Below, one piece after another: positions 21,677-30,745 of a DNA stretch of 64,000 nt (position 1 is the stretch's first letter; each line of letters opens with the position of its first letter). The DNA lies in the NCBI GenBank assembly GCA_043821645.1, contig JBDRCO010000051.1, positions 160,001 through 224,000 on the forward strand. The letters run 5' to 3'. The notes below the pieces were generated by a model. It saw nothing but the letters and a program-made list of their open reading frames with translations. It was not told where the DNA came from and did no database searches. The stretch is from Pseudomonadota bacterium. GTDB taxonomy: Bacteria > Myxococcota > JACRCW01 > JAFGSX01. A program made the position numbers and the translations under genes.

Positions 21677-23133
21677 TCCGGCTCTTGACTAGCGGCGCGG
21701 TCCTCGCCGCCCTGGGGGGACTTGCCTGCGCAGGTGGCACCCCGGAGCACCCGTCGCTGCGGACGCAGCTCGAGGACTCGGACCTCGCCTGGGATGACCC
21801 CCGCCACGTGGCGGCGGCCCGATCGCTCGCGGCGGCGCAGCTCGACGACGAGACCCTGCGTGCGCGAGCCCCGCAGGCCCTCGCCGAGGCAGGTGCGCCG
21901 GCCTCGCTGGTGGCCGTGGTGCGCGGTGACGATCCCGACCTCCACGCGGCCCTGGCGCGGCTGGCTCCCGCTCGCTGTGGCCAGGCCGGTTCCTCGCCGA
22001 CGCTGACCCTGTGCAGCCGTGTGCTGGTGGACTTCACCCGGCTCCCGACGCGATTGCGTCCCGGGGAACCGCTGCACATCGAGGGCAGGGTGCTGGGTTC
22101 TGCCCGGCTGCGGGAGGTGCTGCTGCTCACCTCCGAGGGCGTGCTGCACGCGTTGCCCGTGCAAGCTCAAGGACGGGATTTCTCCATCGAGACGAACGCA
22201 CCCAGGGCCATGGGCTGGCACACCCTCGAGGTCATGGTGAGCACCGAGCGCGGCGTCGAGGTGGCGGCATTGTGGGATCTGAAGGTCGGTGACGCGGCGC
22301 CTCTCGAGCTGTTTCGAGACGCGCCAGACCCCGCCGACGGCGACGCCGGGACAGCCGCGCAGAGAGCGTTCGAGGGCTTGCAGCGCGATCGACAAGCCGC
22401 AGGTCAGGCGCCCCTCATCTGGTCCGAGGTGCTGGCCCAGCGCGCCCGGGAGCGCGCCGAGGAGCTGGCGGGTCGCGATGTGCTTGAGCACGGCACCGGC
22501 AAGAGGCTGGAGAGCCAGCACGACGACGCGGGCCAGCCTCTGGTGTGGCTGGGTGAAAACCTGGCGCGCGCGCGCAGTGTGCAGGGGGCCCGGCGCGCCC
22601 TGATGCACAGCCCGTCGCACCGGCGCAACCGGCTCCACGTCGTGGCCCAGCAGGGAGCCGTGGGGGTTGCCTGGCGGGGACGAGGTGCGGACAGGACCCT
22701 GTTCCTGGTCGAACTGCTCGCCCGCTCGGGCGAGGAGCTCGACGAGAATGGCGTGGTGCGCGCACTGCGGCAGAGGGTGGACCTGGCCCGCAATGGCGCC
22801 GGACGGCGCGCGCTGGACAGCGATGCCGCGCTGGACAGGCTAGCGCGCCACCATGCTCAGCTCATGTGCCAGAGCCACGCACTGGTCGACGAGGTCGCCG
22901 ATGGTGCGCGGCTGACCCAGGCCGTCCTCGATGCCCGTCCGGACCTCGTGCGCGCCGGAGCCGCGCTGTTTCTGGTGGTGGATCCGGCGATGCTCGAGAT
23001 CTCGGCCACGCTGACGGATCCGCGCTACGACCTCGCGGGAGCCGGGGCTGCACGCTGCGAGAACGGCCAGCCCTGGTATGCTGTGGTCCTGGTGGCCCAG
23101 CGCGAGCGCGGCAGCGAGGAGGATTCGGACTGA
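21673..23133 (+). CDS. Lipoprotein with tandem CAP/SCP-like domains
   Basis: GTG overlaps the upstream stop; lipobox GLA-C; GENLA...LMHSPSHRRN...VGVA CAP motifs; second, degenerate CAP domain. Confidence 0.8.
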   Translation: MIRLLTSGAVLAALGGLACAGGTPEHPSLRTQLEDSDLAWDDPRHVAAARSLAAAQLDDETLRARAPQALAEAGAPASLVAVVRGDDPDLHAALARLAPARCGQAGSSPTLTLCSRVLVDFTRLPTRLRPGEPLHIEGRVLGSARLREVLLLTSEGVLHALPVQAQGRDFSIETNAPRAMGWHTLEVMVSTERGVEVAALWDLKVGDAAPLELFRDAPDPADGDAGTAAQRAFEGLQRDRQAAGQAPLIWSEVLAQRARERAEELAGRDVLEHGTGKRLESQHDDAGQPLVWLGENLARARSVQGARRALMHSPSHRRNRLHVVAQQGAVGVAWRGRGADRTLFLVELLARSGEELDENGVVRALRQRVDLARNGAGRRALDSDAALDRLARHHAQLMCQSHALVDEVADGARLTQAVLDARPDLVRAGAALFLVVDPAMLEISATLTDPRYDLAGAGAARCENGQPWYAVVLVAQRERGSEEDSD

Positions 23134-23213
23134 GGTCCGGCCACCAGCAACGCACGCGTGACCTGACCAGGGGTCGGCCGTCGTGGTATGTAGGACGCAG
23201 GAGCTCACTTTCC

Positions 23214-24026
23214 ATGCGCAGCGCAGTGTTGACCCTGCTCGCCTTCACCCTGCTCGCGATCACGGCGGAAACGGTGCGCGCTCAGGATGCGAGCGCCCTG
23301 GAAGACGCCGCGCGGACGGTCGACGCCACGGCGCCGGGGTGCGGCAGCTTGAGCTTCCAGGGGGAGTGCCAGGGCGACATCGTGCGCTACTGCAGCGCTG
23401 GCCAGATCCGCAGCATGGACTGCAGCGACCCCGCTGCCTATCCACGAGGCGGGCCCCAGGCCACTTGCGGCCTGCTCGATTGCCTGACCTCGGGGTGCCA
23501 GGGCTACTGGTGTGTGGCCAAGCCGGGGACCTCCTGTGCCGATCTCGGTTGCGATGTCATGCAGGACCTGGGCTGCCTGGACGGCCAGTGCCGCGCGTCC
23601 AGCCGCTGCAACCCGACCAGCGACCTGCCAAGCTGCGACGGCAGCATCCTCACGTATTGCGCGTATACCGTCGGCAACCTCGACTGCAGCGAGGGCGGCA
23701 CCCGACCCTACACCTGCGATGTCGCCGATCCCGATCGCGACCCCTGCGTGGGCGAGGCGGGCGCGAGCTGCAACCCGACCCTGGGCCGCGTCTGTGCCGA
23801 GCCCCTGAGCTGCGTCGCTGGAATGTGCGTGACCGGTGAACCCCTCGACGCCGGTACGGGTGACAGCACCGAGCCAGATCGGCCCGATGCCGGTGCCGTG
23901 CGCGATGCGGGGCAGGGCCGCGGAGACGACGGTGCTCCAGTGGACTGCCAGTGCCGGGCCGGGCTCACGCCACAACCCCTCCTTGCCCTGGGTGTGCTGG
24001 TGGCTGCCTGGCGCCGGCGTCACTGA
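23214..24026 (+). CDS. Cys-rich exported protein with MYXO-CTERM-like anchor
   Basis: AGGAG RBS, signal peptide (VRA-Q), Cys-rich core, tail DCQC...LLALGVLVAAWRRRH. Confidence 0.85.
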   Translation: MRSAVLTLLAFTLLAITAETVRAQDASALEDAARTVDATAPGCGSLSFQGECQGDIVRYCSAGQIRSMDCSDPAAYPRGGPQATCGLLDCLTSGCQGYWCVAKPGTSCADLGCDVMQDLGCLDGQCRASSRCNPTSDLPSCDGSILTYCAYTVGNLDCSEGGTRPYTCDVADPDRDPCVGEAGASCNPTLGRVCAEPLSCVAGMCVTGEPLDAGTGDSTEPDRPDAGAVRDAGQGRGDDGAPVDCQCRAGLTPQPLLALGVLVAAWRRRH

Positions 24027-24180
24027 GCGCACACCCGGGTTATCCTGCGGCAAGGACCTCGTTTTTTTGTTGCGGGGAGCTGAGCCAGCGCCTATCACCA
24101 GCCATCCCGTCGAGAAAACAACAGGGATGCGCGCAGGTCCGCCCTGGCGGATGTGACCTGCAACAAATGGGAGGCATGTC

Positions 24181-25206
24181 ATGGCGAAGTGGGCCGGTCT
24201 TGCGCTGGGGTCCCTGCTGTTCTGTGTGACACCGCTCGCGCTGGCCCAGGACGCGGCTGGCGAAGACTCGGCCCTGTCCGAAGACGCCGGCTCGTTGAGC
24301 GATGCTGCGGCCACCGAGGATGCTGTCGCTGCCGATGCCACTCTCGCGAGCGACGCCGGTGTGCTGGAAGATGCCGCCACGACCCCGGATGCCTCGACCG
24401 CCGCCGATAGCAGCGTCGAGGACGCCGCCATGCCCGTGGACGGAGCCATACCAGAGGACGCAGCCGTGACCGCCGACGCCACGGCGGCCGATGGCACGAC
24501 ACCCGATGCGGGCGGTGTGGACACCACGGCCACAGGCGACGCGGGCGTTCCGTGCGATGCCGTGAGCTTCCTGGGCGAGTGTGACGGTGACATCGTGCGC
24601 TACTGCGCCCGGGACAACCAGCTCGTCGAGCTGGACTGCGTCGCGGAGTTCGGAACTGGCGCCACCTGCGGCCTGGTGGACTGCACCGGCGCGGACTGCC
24701 TGGGCTATTTCTGCGTCGCCGACGACGGTGTGGACTGCGGCGAGACCCTGGGCTGCGACGTCAGCCAGAACCAGGGCTGCGTCGAGGGGACCTGCGCCAC
24801 CACCCAGACCTGTGTTCCATCCACCTTTGTTCCGACGTGCACCGGCGATGCCCTGAGCTACTGCGCCTTCACAGAGGGTCGCAACGACTGCACCGAGGGT
24901 GGCACCCAGCCCTACATCTGCGGCAACGACTCCGGCGGCACACCCGCCTGCCTGGGTACCCAGGGTGGCCTGTGCGACCTCATCCAGGGCTACGAGTGCG
25001 CAACCGGCTTCGACTGCGTCGACAATGTGTGTAGCGCTCCCGGTACCGATGCGGGCTCCGTGGACAGCGGCACCAGCGCAGACGCCGCGACCGCGGCCGT
25101 TGAGGACACCGCAGGCTGTGGCTGCACGGCGCCTCGAGGGGGTTCCTCGGCGGTCCTGGTGCTGCTTGGTCTGCTCGGGCTGGCCGTCTCGCGCCGCCGG
25201 AGCTAG
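24181..25206 (+). CDS. Cys-rich exported protein with Asp/Ala/Thr-rich stalk and MYXO-CTERM anchor; paralogue of the upstream gene
   Basis: GGAGG RBS, signal peptide (ALA-Q), DA-rich region, Cys core, GCGC...VLVLLGLLGLAVSRRRS. Confidence 0.9.
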   Translation: MAKWAGLALGSLLFCVTPLALAQDAAGEDSALSEDAGSLSDAAATEDAVAADATLASDAGVLEDAATTPDASTAADSSVEDAAMPVDGAIPEDAAVTADATAADGTTPDAGGVDTTATGDAGVPCDAVSFLGECDGDIVRYCARDNQLVELDCVAEFGTGATCGLVDCTGADCLGYFCVADDGVDCGETLGCDVSQNQGCVEGTCATTQTCVPSTFVPTCTGDALSYCAFTEGRNDCTEGGTQPYICGNDSGGTPACLGTQGGLCDLIQGYECATGFDCVDNVCSAPGTDAGSVDSGTSADAATAAVEDTAGCGCTAPRGGSSAVLVLLGLLGLAVSRRRS

Positions 25207-25309
25207 CCGTCCGACGCGCCCTGGGCTGTTTGCCCCGGCATCGTGGGAGGCCGCCGCCCGTCATCCGCTGGCCGCTGCGGTGTCTGGCAGCTCTTTTCCG
25301 ACACGGCCC

Positions 25310-25339
25310 TTGACAGTGTTCGGGCGAATCTCCTAAGAA
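25310..25339 (+). promoter_or_regulatory. Putative sigma70 promoter of the tRNA
   Basis: TTGACA (25310-15), 18-bp spacer, TAAGAA (25334-39). Confidence 0.55.
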
Positions 25340-25356
25340 GTCGATCGTCCTGCCGG

Positions 25357-25432
25357 GGCCCCATCGTCTAGCGGTCCAGGACGGCGGCCTCTCACGCCGC
25401 AGACCGGAGTTCGAGTCTCCGTGGGGTCACCA
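25357..25432 (+). tRNA. tRNA-Glu (anticodon CTC)
   Basis: Acceptor GGCCCCA/TGGGGTC, anticodon arm GCGGC-CTCTCAC-GCCGC, T arm CGGAG-TTCGAGT-CTCCG, encoded CCA; 76 nt. Confidence 0.97.
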
Positions 25433-25435
25433 CCG

Positions 25436-25466
25436 AAAGCTGCCGGGCAACCGGCAGCTTTTTTTT
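25436..25466 (+). terminator. Rho-independent terminator after the tRNA
   Basis: AAAGCTGCCGG-GCAA-CCGGCAGCTTT followed by a T run. Confidence 0.9.
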
Positions 25467-25537
25467 CGTGTTCACCGGAAGCGCTCCGGGCGGGGGTAGC
25501 GGGAGGTCACGAGACGGGGGATCGGAGAGACGAACCC

Positions 25538-26296
25538 ATGGTGCACCAGACCTCGGTCAGCGACGACGCACGCAACTTCGAACTGGTCCTCACCTGCGAG
25601 CATGCCTCGCATGCCCTGCCGCCTGATCTTGAAGACCTGGGTGTGAGCGCCGACGCTCTGTGCAGTCATGCGTCCTGGGATCCAGGCGCCCTCGAGCTGA
25701 CCAGAGCCCTCGCCGCGCGATTCGAGGTCCACCCCTTCGTGGGCAGCTACAGCAGGCTGGTGGTCGATCTCAACCGGGGCGCCACCAGTCCCGACGTCAT
25801 CCCAGCCAACAGTTTCGGGCTGCCTGTTCCCGGCAACCAGCACCTGGGTGACGACGAGCGGCAGCAACGGATCCGCGCCTATCACCAACCCTACCGCCGG
25901 GCCGTGGAGCGTGCGGTGCGTGCCATTGTTGATGGCGGACGGCGCTGCTTGCTGGTGTCCATTCACAGCTTCACTCCCGTGCTGGGCGACAGCGTGCGCC
26001 GTCACCCCGCCGGGGTGCTGTTCGACTCCAGCCTGCCCCTCGAAGGCGCCATCGCGACCGCCATGCTGCAATCCCTGCGCGATCGCGACGTGGACGCGCA
26101 TCCCAATTACCCCTACACCGGCACCGGTAGCGGTGTGTACAGCGAGCTGCGGCGCGCCTTCCCAGCAGGCAGCTATGCCGGCATCGAGTTCGAAACCCGC
26201 CTGGATGAGCTGAGCGACTCTCGACAGGTTTTGCGCTGGGTGGACCTGTACACGAGCGCTCTCAGCGCCGGCTTGCAGGTCCTGCGCGAACACTGA
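25538..26296 (+). CDS. N-formylglutamate amidohydrolase family protein
   Basis: LTCEHAS, HASWDPGA, SRLVVDLNR, YHQPY, SIHSFTP, NYPY, IEFE. Confidence 0.88.
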   Translation: MVHQTSVSDDARNFELVLTCEHASHALPPDLEDLGVSADALCSHASWDPGALELTRALAARFEVHPFVGSYSRLVVDLNRGATSPDVIPANSFGLPVPGNQHLGDDERQQRIRAYHQPYRRAVERAVRAIVDGGRRCLLVSIHSFTPVLGDSVRRHPAGVLFDSSLPLEGAIATAMLQSLRDRDVDAHPNYPYTGTGSGVYSELRRAFPAGSYAGIEFETRLDELSDSRQVLRWVDLYTSALSAGLQVLREH

Positions 26297-26305
26297 GCCG
26301 CGTCG

Positions 26306-28633
26306 TCACAGCAGGGTCAGCGTGCCCTCCCCGCCGTCGATGCGCACACGTCTGCCCGTGTCCAGGATCCGGGTCGCGTCGGCCAAGGCCACCAGCGCTG
26401 GCATCCCGAGGGCACGTGCAGTCACTGCGCCAAGACAGGATCGGTCCCCGGCCTCGGTGATCAGGGCGGACGCAGAGGTCAGCAAGGGTGCGCAGCCGGC
26501 GGTGAACGCGCGGAGCACCACCACCTCGCCAGCGGTGCATTCCGCGTCCGCCGGCTCGTCGATCACGCGCAGCGTGCCCTCGACCACGCCAGCGCTCGCC
26601 GGGAGGCCACGAAGGACCGTGCTGTCCTGCGCGGCGGCAAGCCCTGGCAATCCGTCCGAGCGCACCAGATCGGGAGGCCTGAGTTGCCGCTGCCATGACA
26701 GGCGCCTGGCGGCCCGCGCGATCCGCACACGCACAGGAGCAACATCGCGACGACGACCGAGCAGCAGATCGATGAGGGTCTCGTGATCCACCAGCCACAC
26801 CTCCTCGACGTGCTGCAGCAGATCGCGCGCCACCAACCGATGCGCCAGCTCCAGGTACAGCCGACGCAGGTTCGCCAGCACGGCAGCCACGCACCACCCT
26901 GGCCAGTCCCGGAGACTCGCCGCCTGCCCCAGCCAGCGCACCACCGCCACCCATTCTCCCGGCGCGGCAGGAGGGGTCCATGACACAGCTCCCTGCCCGG
27001 CGCGGCTGGCCAGCGCGCGCAGCAGGGGCGCGGGATCCTCGTGCCAGCGTGCTGCCGCGAGGTCCTGTTCGTCGGCACAGCGGTGACCGTGCTGACATAG
27101 GAGCTTGTGCCACAGCGGGCCAAGCTGGGCATCGCCCTCGACGGTCGCCTGGAGCTGCGCCAGATCGCGCCCGATCACGTCGGGATGGCGTTGCCGCAGC
27201 AGGTCGCCGAGTTCCCGACAGCGGCGGATCACATCGACCGAAGGTGCCGGCTCCGCGGCGGACCAGACCAGGTCGAGCGGGACACGTGGGTGGTGCGGCC
27301 ACAGCCGCTGAACCAGGCGCAGCGCAAGGGCGGCCACGATCTCGTACGCCAGACCGGGCACCAGAACAGCGCGGCCTTGCTGAACAGTGCGCTCGACACG
27401 TTGCCGAAGTTCGTCGTCGCTGAGCAGCGTGAGCGGCTGTTGTGCCGCCGCATGCTGGGCCTCGGCCAGGGCGCGCAGCGCGTTCACCGAGCGCTCCACG
27501 GCCAGACCACGCAGGACGCGCATGGACAGCCGCCCCAGTCGCCGGACGCCATGCCACACCGACCACAGCTTGCGCAGGCCTGCCAGGGGCACCGCCTCCA
27601 CGTGCTCGGCCTCGAGCTGTCGCAGCAGCCGGGTGCCGGCCGTGCGATCGAGTTCCGGCGCAAGATGGAGCAAGAGCTGACCGGCAGGAATCACGCGCAG
27701 CCGGTTGATGTTCCAGTACACGCGCCCATCCACCCGGTCCACCGGCAGCATCCGACGCTCGCGGGTGGCGCGCTCGGGGAGGCCGGTGAGGCTGGACAGC
27801 ACCACCGGAAACAGGTGGCGCCGCCACAGATCAAAGGCCAGGGGCGACAGCACCTGCGGCAGATGCTCGCGCAGCATGAAGCTGGACCACAGTTCGAGCC
27901 CGGCAGCCTCGGCACCCAGGTGCTCGACGTCGTGTGCTGCCGAGGTCGCTCGCTCCACTGCTTCGATGCTGAGCGCACCCTCGCAGACGGCCCAGCGCAA
28001 GAGCACGGGGCCTGGCAAGATGTGACCGGCCAGCCGCAACACCTCGCGGAGCCTGTCGGCGCGGAAAGCGTCGAGTGGAAGACCCGCTCCGCGGCGCCGC
28101 AGGATGTCTCCCTCTTCGGACTGGAACAGCTCCGCACCCGAGTCCGAGTAGGTGCGAGTCACGCTCACCCGCGCACTGGCGAGAGAGACCTGCTCTGTTC
28201 CACCCCGGATCGGGTCGTTGAGCCGGGCCCTCACCAGGATCGCCGCCGGACCTGGGCTCGACTGCCAGGCCTGGCGCAGGACCTGCATGAGCGTGTCGAC
28301 GTCCGGCGCGCAGGACCACTCCTGTCGGAGGCCTGCACCGTCAAGGGGAGAGACCTGCAGGTCGAGCTCCCGCCTGTCCCGCAGCCGGGCCCCAAGCTCG
28401 GTCCGCAGCGCTCGCTCCCGGTCGGCGACCGCAGCATCGTCACGCGAAAGCACCTCGCGGATCGCAGACCCCAGGACCAGGGCTGGGCGCACCGGCGCTC
28501 CCGCTTCGCGCAGTGTCGCCAGCCAGGCCACCTGCGGTCCGACCTGCGACGGATCGCGTGCCGCCTCGTCGTCCAGGGTTAGCAGCAAGGAGCAGTCCGT
28601 GTTCACGCTGGGGGCCTCAAGCGTGCTCGCCAT
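26306..28633 (-). CDS. PEP-utiliser / rifampin-phosphotransferase-like protein with degenerate catalytic motifs
   Basis: N-terminal PPDK-like start, central EHLPQVLSPL...GRVYWN...HGHRC..EQDL..RWHEDP domain, C-terminal swivel domain LRGLPASAGVVEG...ARALGMPA...IDGGEG. Confidence 0.8.
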   Translation of the reverse strand: MASTLEAPSVNTDCSLLLTLDDEAARDPSQVGPQVAWLATLREAGAPVRPALVLGSAIREVLSRDDAAVADRERALRTELGARLRDRRELDLQVSPLDGAGLRQEWSCAPDVDTLMQVLRQAWQSSPGPAAILVRARLNDPIRGGTEQVSLASARVSVTRTYSDSGAELFQSEEGDILRRRGAGLPLDAFRADRLREVLRLAGHILPGPVLLRWAVCEGALSIEAVERATSAAHDVEHLGAEAAGLELWSSFMLREHLPQVLSPLAFDLWRRHLFPVVLSSLTGLPERATRERRMLPVDRVDGRVYWNINRLRVIPAGQLLLHLAPELDRTAGTRLLRQLEAEHVEAVPLAGLRKLWSVWHGVRRLGRLSMRVLRGLAVERSVNALRALAEAQHAAAQQPLTLLSDDELRQRVERTVQQGRAVLVPGLAYEIVAALALRLVQRLWPHHPRVPLDLVWSAAEPAPSVDVIRRCRELGDLLRQRHPDVIGRDLAQLQATVEGDAQLGPLWHKLLCQHGHRCADEQDLAAARWHEDPAPLLRALASRAGQGAVSWTPPAAPGEWVAVVRWLGQAASLRDWPGWCVAAVLANLRRLYLELAHRLVARDLLQHVEEVWLVDHETLIDLLLGRRRDVAPVRVRIARAARRLSWQRQLRPPDLVRSDGLPGLAAAQDSTVLRGLPASAGVVEGTLRVIDEPADAECTAGEVVVLRAFTAGCAPLLTSASALITEAGDRSCLGAVTARALGMPALVALADATRILDTGRRVRIDGGEGTLTLL

Positions 28634-29588
28634 TCACATGTCCCGGCGCCGGCGGCATCCACTCGGCGCAGCGACAGCGCTCGGCGAGGGTGCAGGCGTG
28701 TTCCACCTGCAAGGTCACGTGTTGGATCTGAAAACGTGATCGCAGCACGTCATCGAGCTGACAGCGCAGGTTCTCGCGCTCGCCCGCGTCCAGTTCCTCG
28801 ACGGCAACAACGTGGGCACTCAGTGAGTTGTCCCCCGTGGTCAGTGCCCAGGCATGCAGGTCGGTGATGCGCTGGACGCCGGCCACTCCCAGCATACTCT
28901 GCAAGACCTGATCGAGGTCCACTTCGCGCGGCGTCCCCTCGATCAGCACGTGACTGGCCTCGAGCACGAGTCGGCCACCGCCCCACAGGATGAGCACCGC
29001 GATCAGCAAGCTTGCCAGCGGGTCTATCCAGTATGCGCCGGTGAAGCGCATCAGCAGGCCTGCAACGACCACCGACACCGACTGCAACGCGTCGGTGAGG
29101 GCGTGCACGTATGCTCCGCGCACATTGAGGCTCTCGTGCTGGGCGCGCGCCAGCACCGCCGATACGATCAACTGGGCCAGGAGCCCGACTGCGGCGATGA
29201 CGATCATGGGACCGGTCTGTACCTGTGGCGGCGCATCAAATCTGCGCACTGCCTCCAGGCCCACCAGGACCGCGACCACGCCCAGGGTGATCCCGTTGAA
29301 CAGGGCGGCAAGGATCTCGACGCGCTTGTAGCCATAGCTGCGCTGGGCCGAGGCAGGGCGCAGCGCGAGCCACTGCGCCACCAGGGCCAGTACCACCGCC
29401 GCGACGTCGGTGAGCAGGTGACCGGCATCCGACATCAGCGCGAGGCTGCCGCTCCACAGACCGCCGACAAACTCGACGACGAGGAACAGCGTCAGCACCA
29501 CCAGCGCGAGCCACAGTGCGCGGCGGCTTGCGGCTCTGGCGCCGTGCCCGTGCCCGGAATGGTCGGTGGACCTGTGTTCGTGCCCCAC
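28617..29588 (-). CDS. Cation diffusion facilitator (CzcD/ZitB-like) metal exporter
   Basis: His-rich N-terminus, SLALMSDAGHLLTD, SYGYKRVE, NVRGAYVHALTD, DLHAW, HVTLQVE. GTG 29588 has an AGGAG RBS (alternative ATG 29633). Confidence 0.93.
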   Translation of the reverse strand: MGHEHRSTDHSGHGHGARAASRRALWLALVVLTLFLVVEFVGGLWSGSLALMSDAGHLLTDVAAVVLALVAQWLALRPASAQRSYGYKRVEILAALFNGITLGVVAVLVGLEAVRRFDAPPQVQTGPMIVIAAVGLLAQLIVSAVLARAQHESLNVRGAYVHALTDALQSVSVVVAGLLMRFTGAYWIDPLASLLIAVLILWGGGRLVLEASHVLIEGTPREVDLDQVLQSMLGVAGVQRITDLHAWALTTGDNSLSAHVVAVEELDAGERENLRCQLDDVLRSRFQIQHVTLQVEHACTLAERCRCAEWMPPAPGHVNGEHA

Positions 29589-29859
29589 GGGCTCTCCTGC
29601 CTGACCTCGCCCTGTATTTTGTATTCCCTCCATGCCGCCCACGCACGCCGTTTTTCGATCGCACGCCGGCCCAGCACACGCCGCACTGGCAGAAACCGGT
29701 CCCGCGGGCTCCGAGTCAGCCGGGATCTGGGTCCTGTGCCTGCCCGTCCCGGAAACTGTTTTTCCTGGCAAAGACCACGAGGCGACTATCGCAAGGTCCA
29801 CGATGGCGCGGCCGGACGCTGCGCGGTCTGCTTGACCAGGCATCACAGCGAGGTGGTCC

Positions 29860-30657
29860 ATGCACCAGCCCTTAGAGCCCGTCCAGGTACTCCTCGTCGA
29901 TGATGAGGTGGAGTTCACGGCTGCCATGGGCCGAGCCCTGTCCTGGCGCGGCTTCGAGGTGCGAACCGCGTGCTCGGGGAGCACCGCGCTGGACCTGCTG
30001 GCGGAACAAGCAGCGGACGTCGTGGTCCTCGATGTGCGAATGCCAGACCCCGATGGCCATGCGGTCTTCCGCTGCATTCGCCAGCGCGCGCCGTGCACCC
30101 CCGTGGTCTTCCTGAGCGGGCATGGGACGGCCCAGGAAGCCTTCGACAGCATGCAACAGGGCGCCTTCGACTACCTCTCCAAGCCCTGCACCGTCGAGCA
30201 GCTCACGGATGTTCTGAGGCGAGCGTGCGGCCTCCAGGTCCAGTCAGAAGCCGACAGTCCCACCGCGCCCATCCGCTTGCTCTTGGTTGACGCCGCGAAC
30301 GAGCACCTGCAGGCCTTGTCCGCGGCCTTCGAGAACCGCGGGTTCGTGGTCGACATGGCGCACACGCAGCGAGATGCCGTGCGCACCATTCAACACCGGG
30401 AGTTCGACGTGGCACTGGTGGACATCGCGGCTCCGGGAGTGGACGGTGTGGCTCTGCTGGGTGTCCTGCGCCAGCACCATCCCCACGCCGAGATCCTGGT
30501 TCTCACGGGCCACCACGCCATCGGTCGGGCCTATGCCGCTGTGCATGCAGGTGCGTACGACTTCTTGCTCAAACCTCAGGGCATCGAGGTCCTGTCCCAC
30601 AAGGTCCGACGAGCCTACCGGCGCGTGCAAGCACGGCGTCAGCAGCTCGGCGCCTGA
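29860..30657 (+). CDS. Response regulator with two receiver domains and no output domain
   Basis: LLVDDE..VLDVRMPDPDG..SGHG..LSKP and LLVDAA..LVDIAAPGVDG..LTGH..LLKP. Confidence 0.9.
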   Translation: MHQPLEPVQVLLVDDEVEFTAAMGRALSWRGFEVRTACSGSTALDLLAEQAADVVVLDVRMPDPDGHAVFRCIRQRAPCTPVVFLSGHGTAQEAFDSMQQGAFDYLSKPCTVEQLTDVLRRACGLQVQSEADSPTAPIRLLLVDAANEHLQALSAAFENRGFVVDMAHTQRDAVRTIQHREFDVALVDIAAPGVDGVALLGVLRQHHPHAEILVLTGHHAIGRAYAAVHAGAYDFLLKPQGIEVLSHKVRRAYRRVQARRQQLGA

Positions 30658-30745
30658 GACGCCACCGGCCGTCCGCCGAAGAGGGGGTGGCGATCCGGTC
30701 GTGCCGCGTTTGCAGGAGCACGCGCCGACCGCTAAGGTCGCCGCG

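Noticed and set aside
24241-24545. Repetitive GACGC/GATGC-rich DNA resembling a repeat array or CRISPR
   Set aside because: It is the coding sequence of an Asp-Ala low-complexity stalk, with no fixed-length repeat-spacer structure.
25389-25395. TCA inside the tRNA anticodon loop suggesting tRNA-Sec or an opal suppressor
   Set aside because: The 7-nt loop CTCTCAC centres on CTC. The 76-nt length, 7-bp acceptor and short variable arm indicate an ordinary tRNA-Glu.
25357-30000. Genomic island integrated at tRNA-Glu
   Set aside because: No integrase, no duplicated tRNA 3' end noticed, and no compositional shift.
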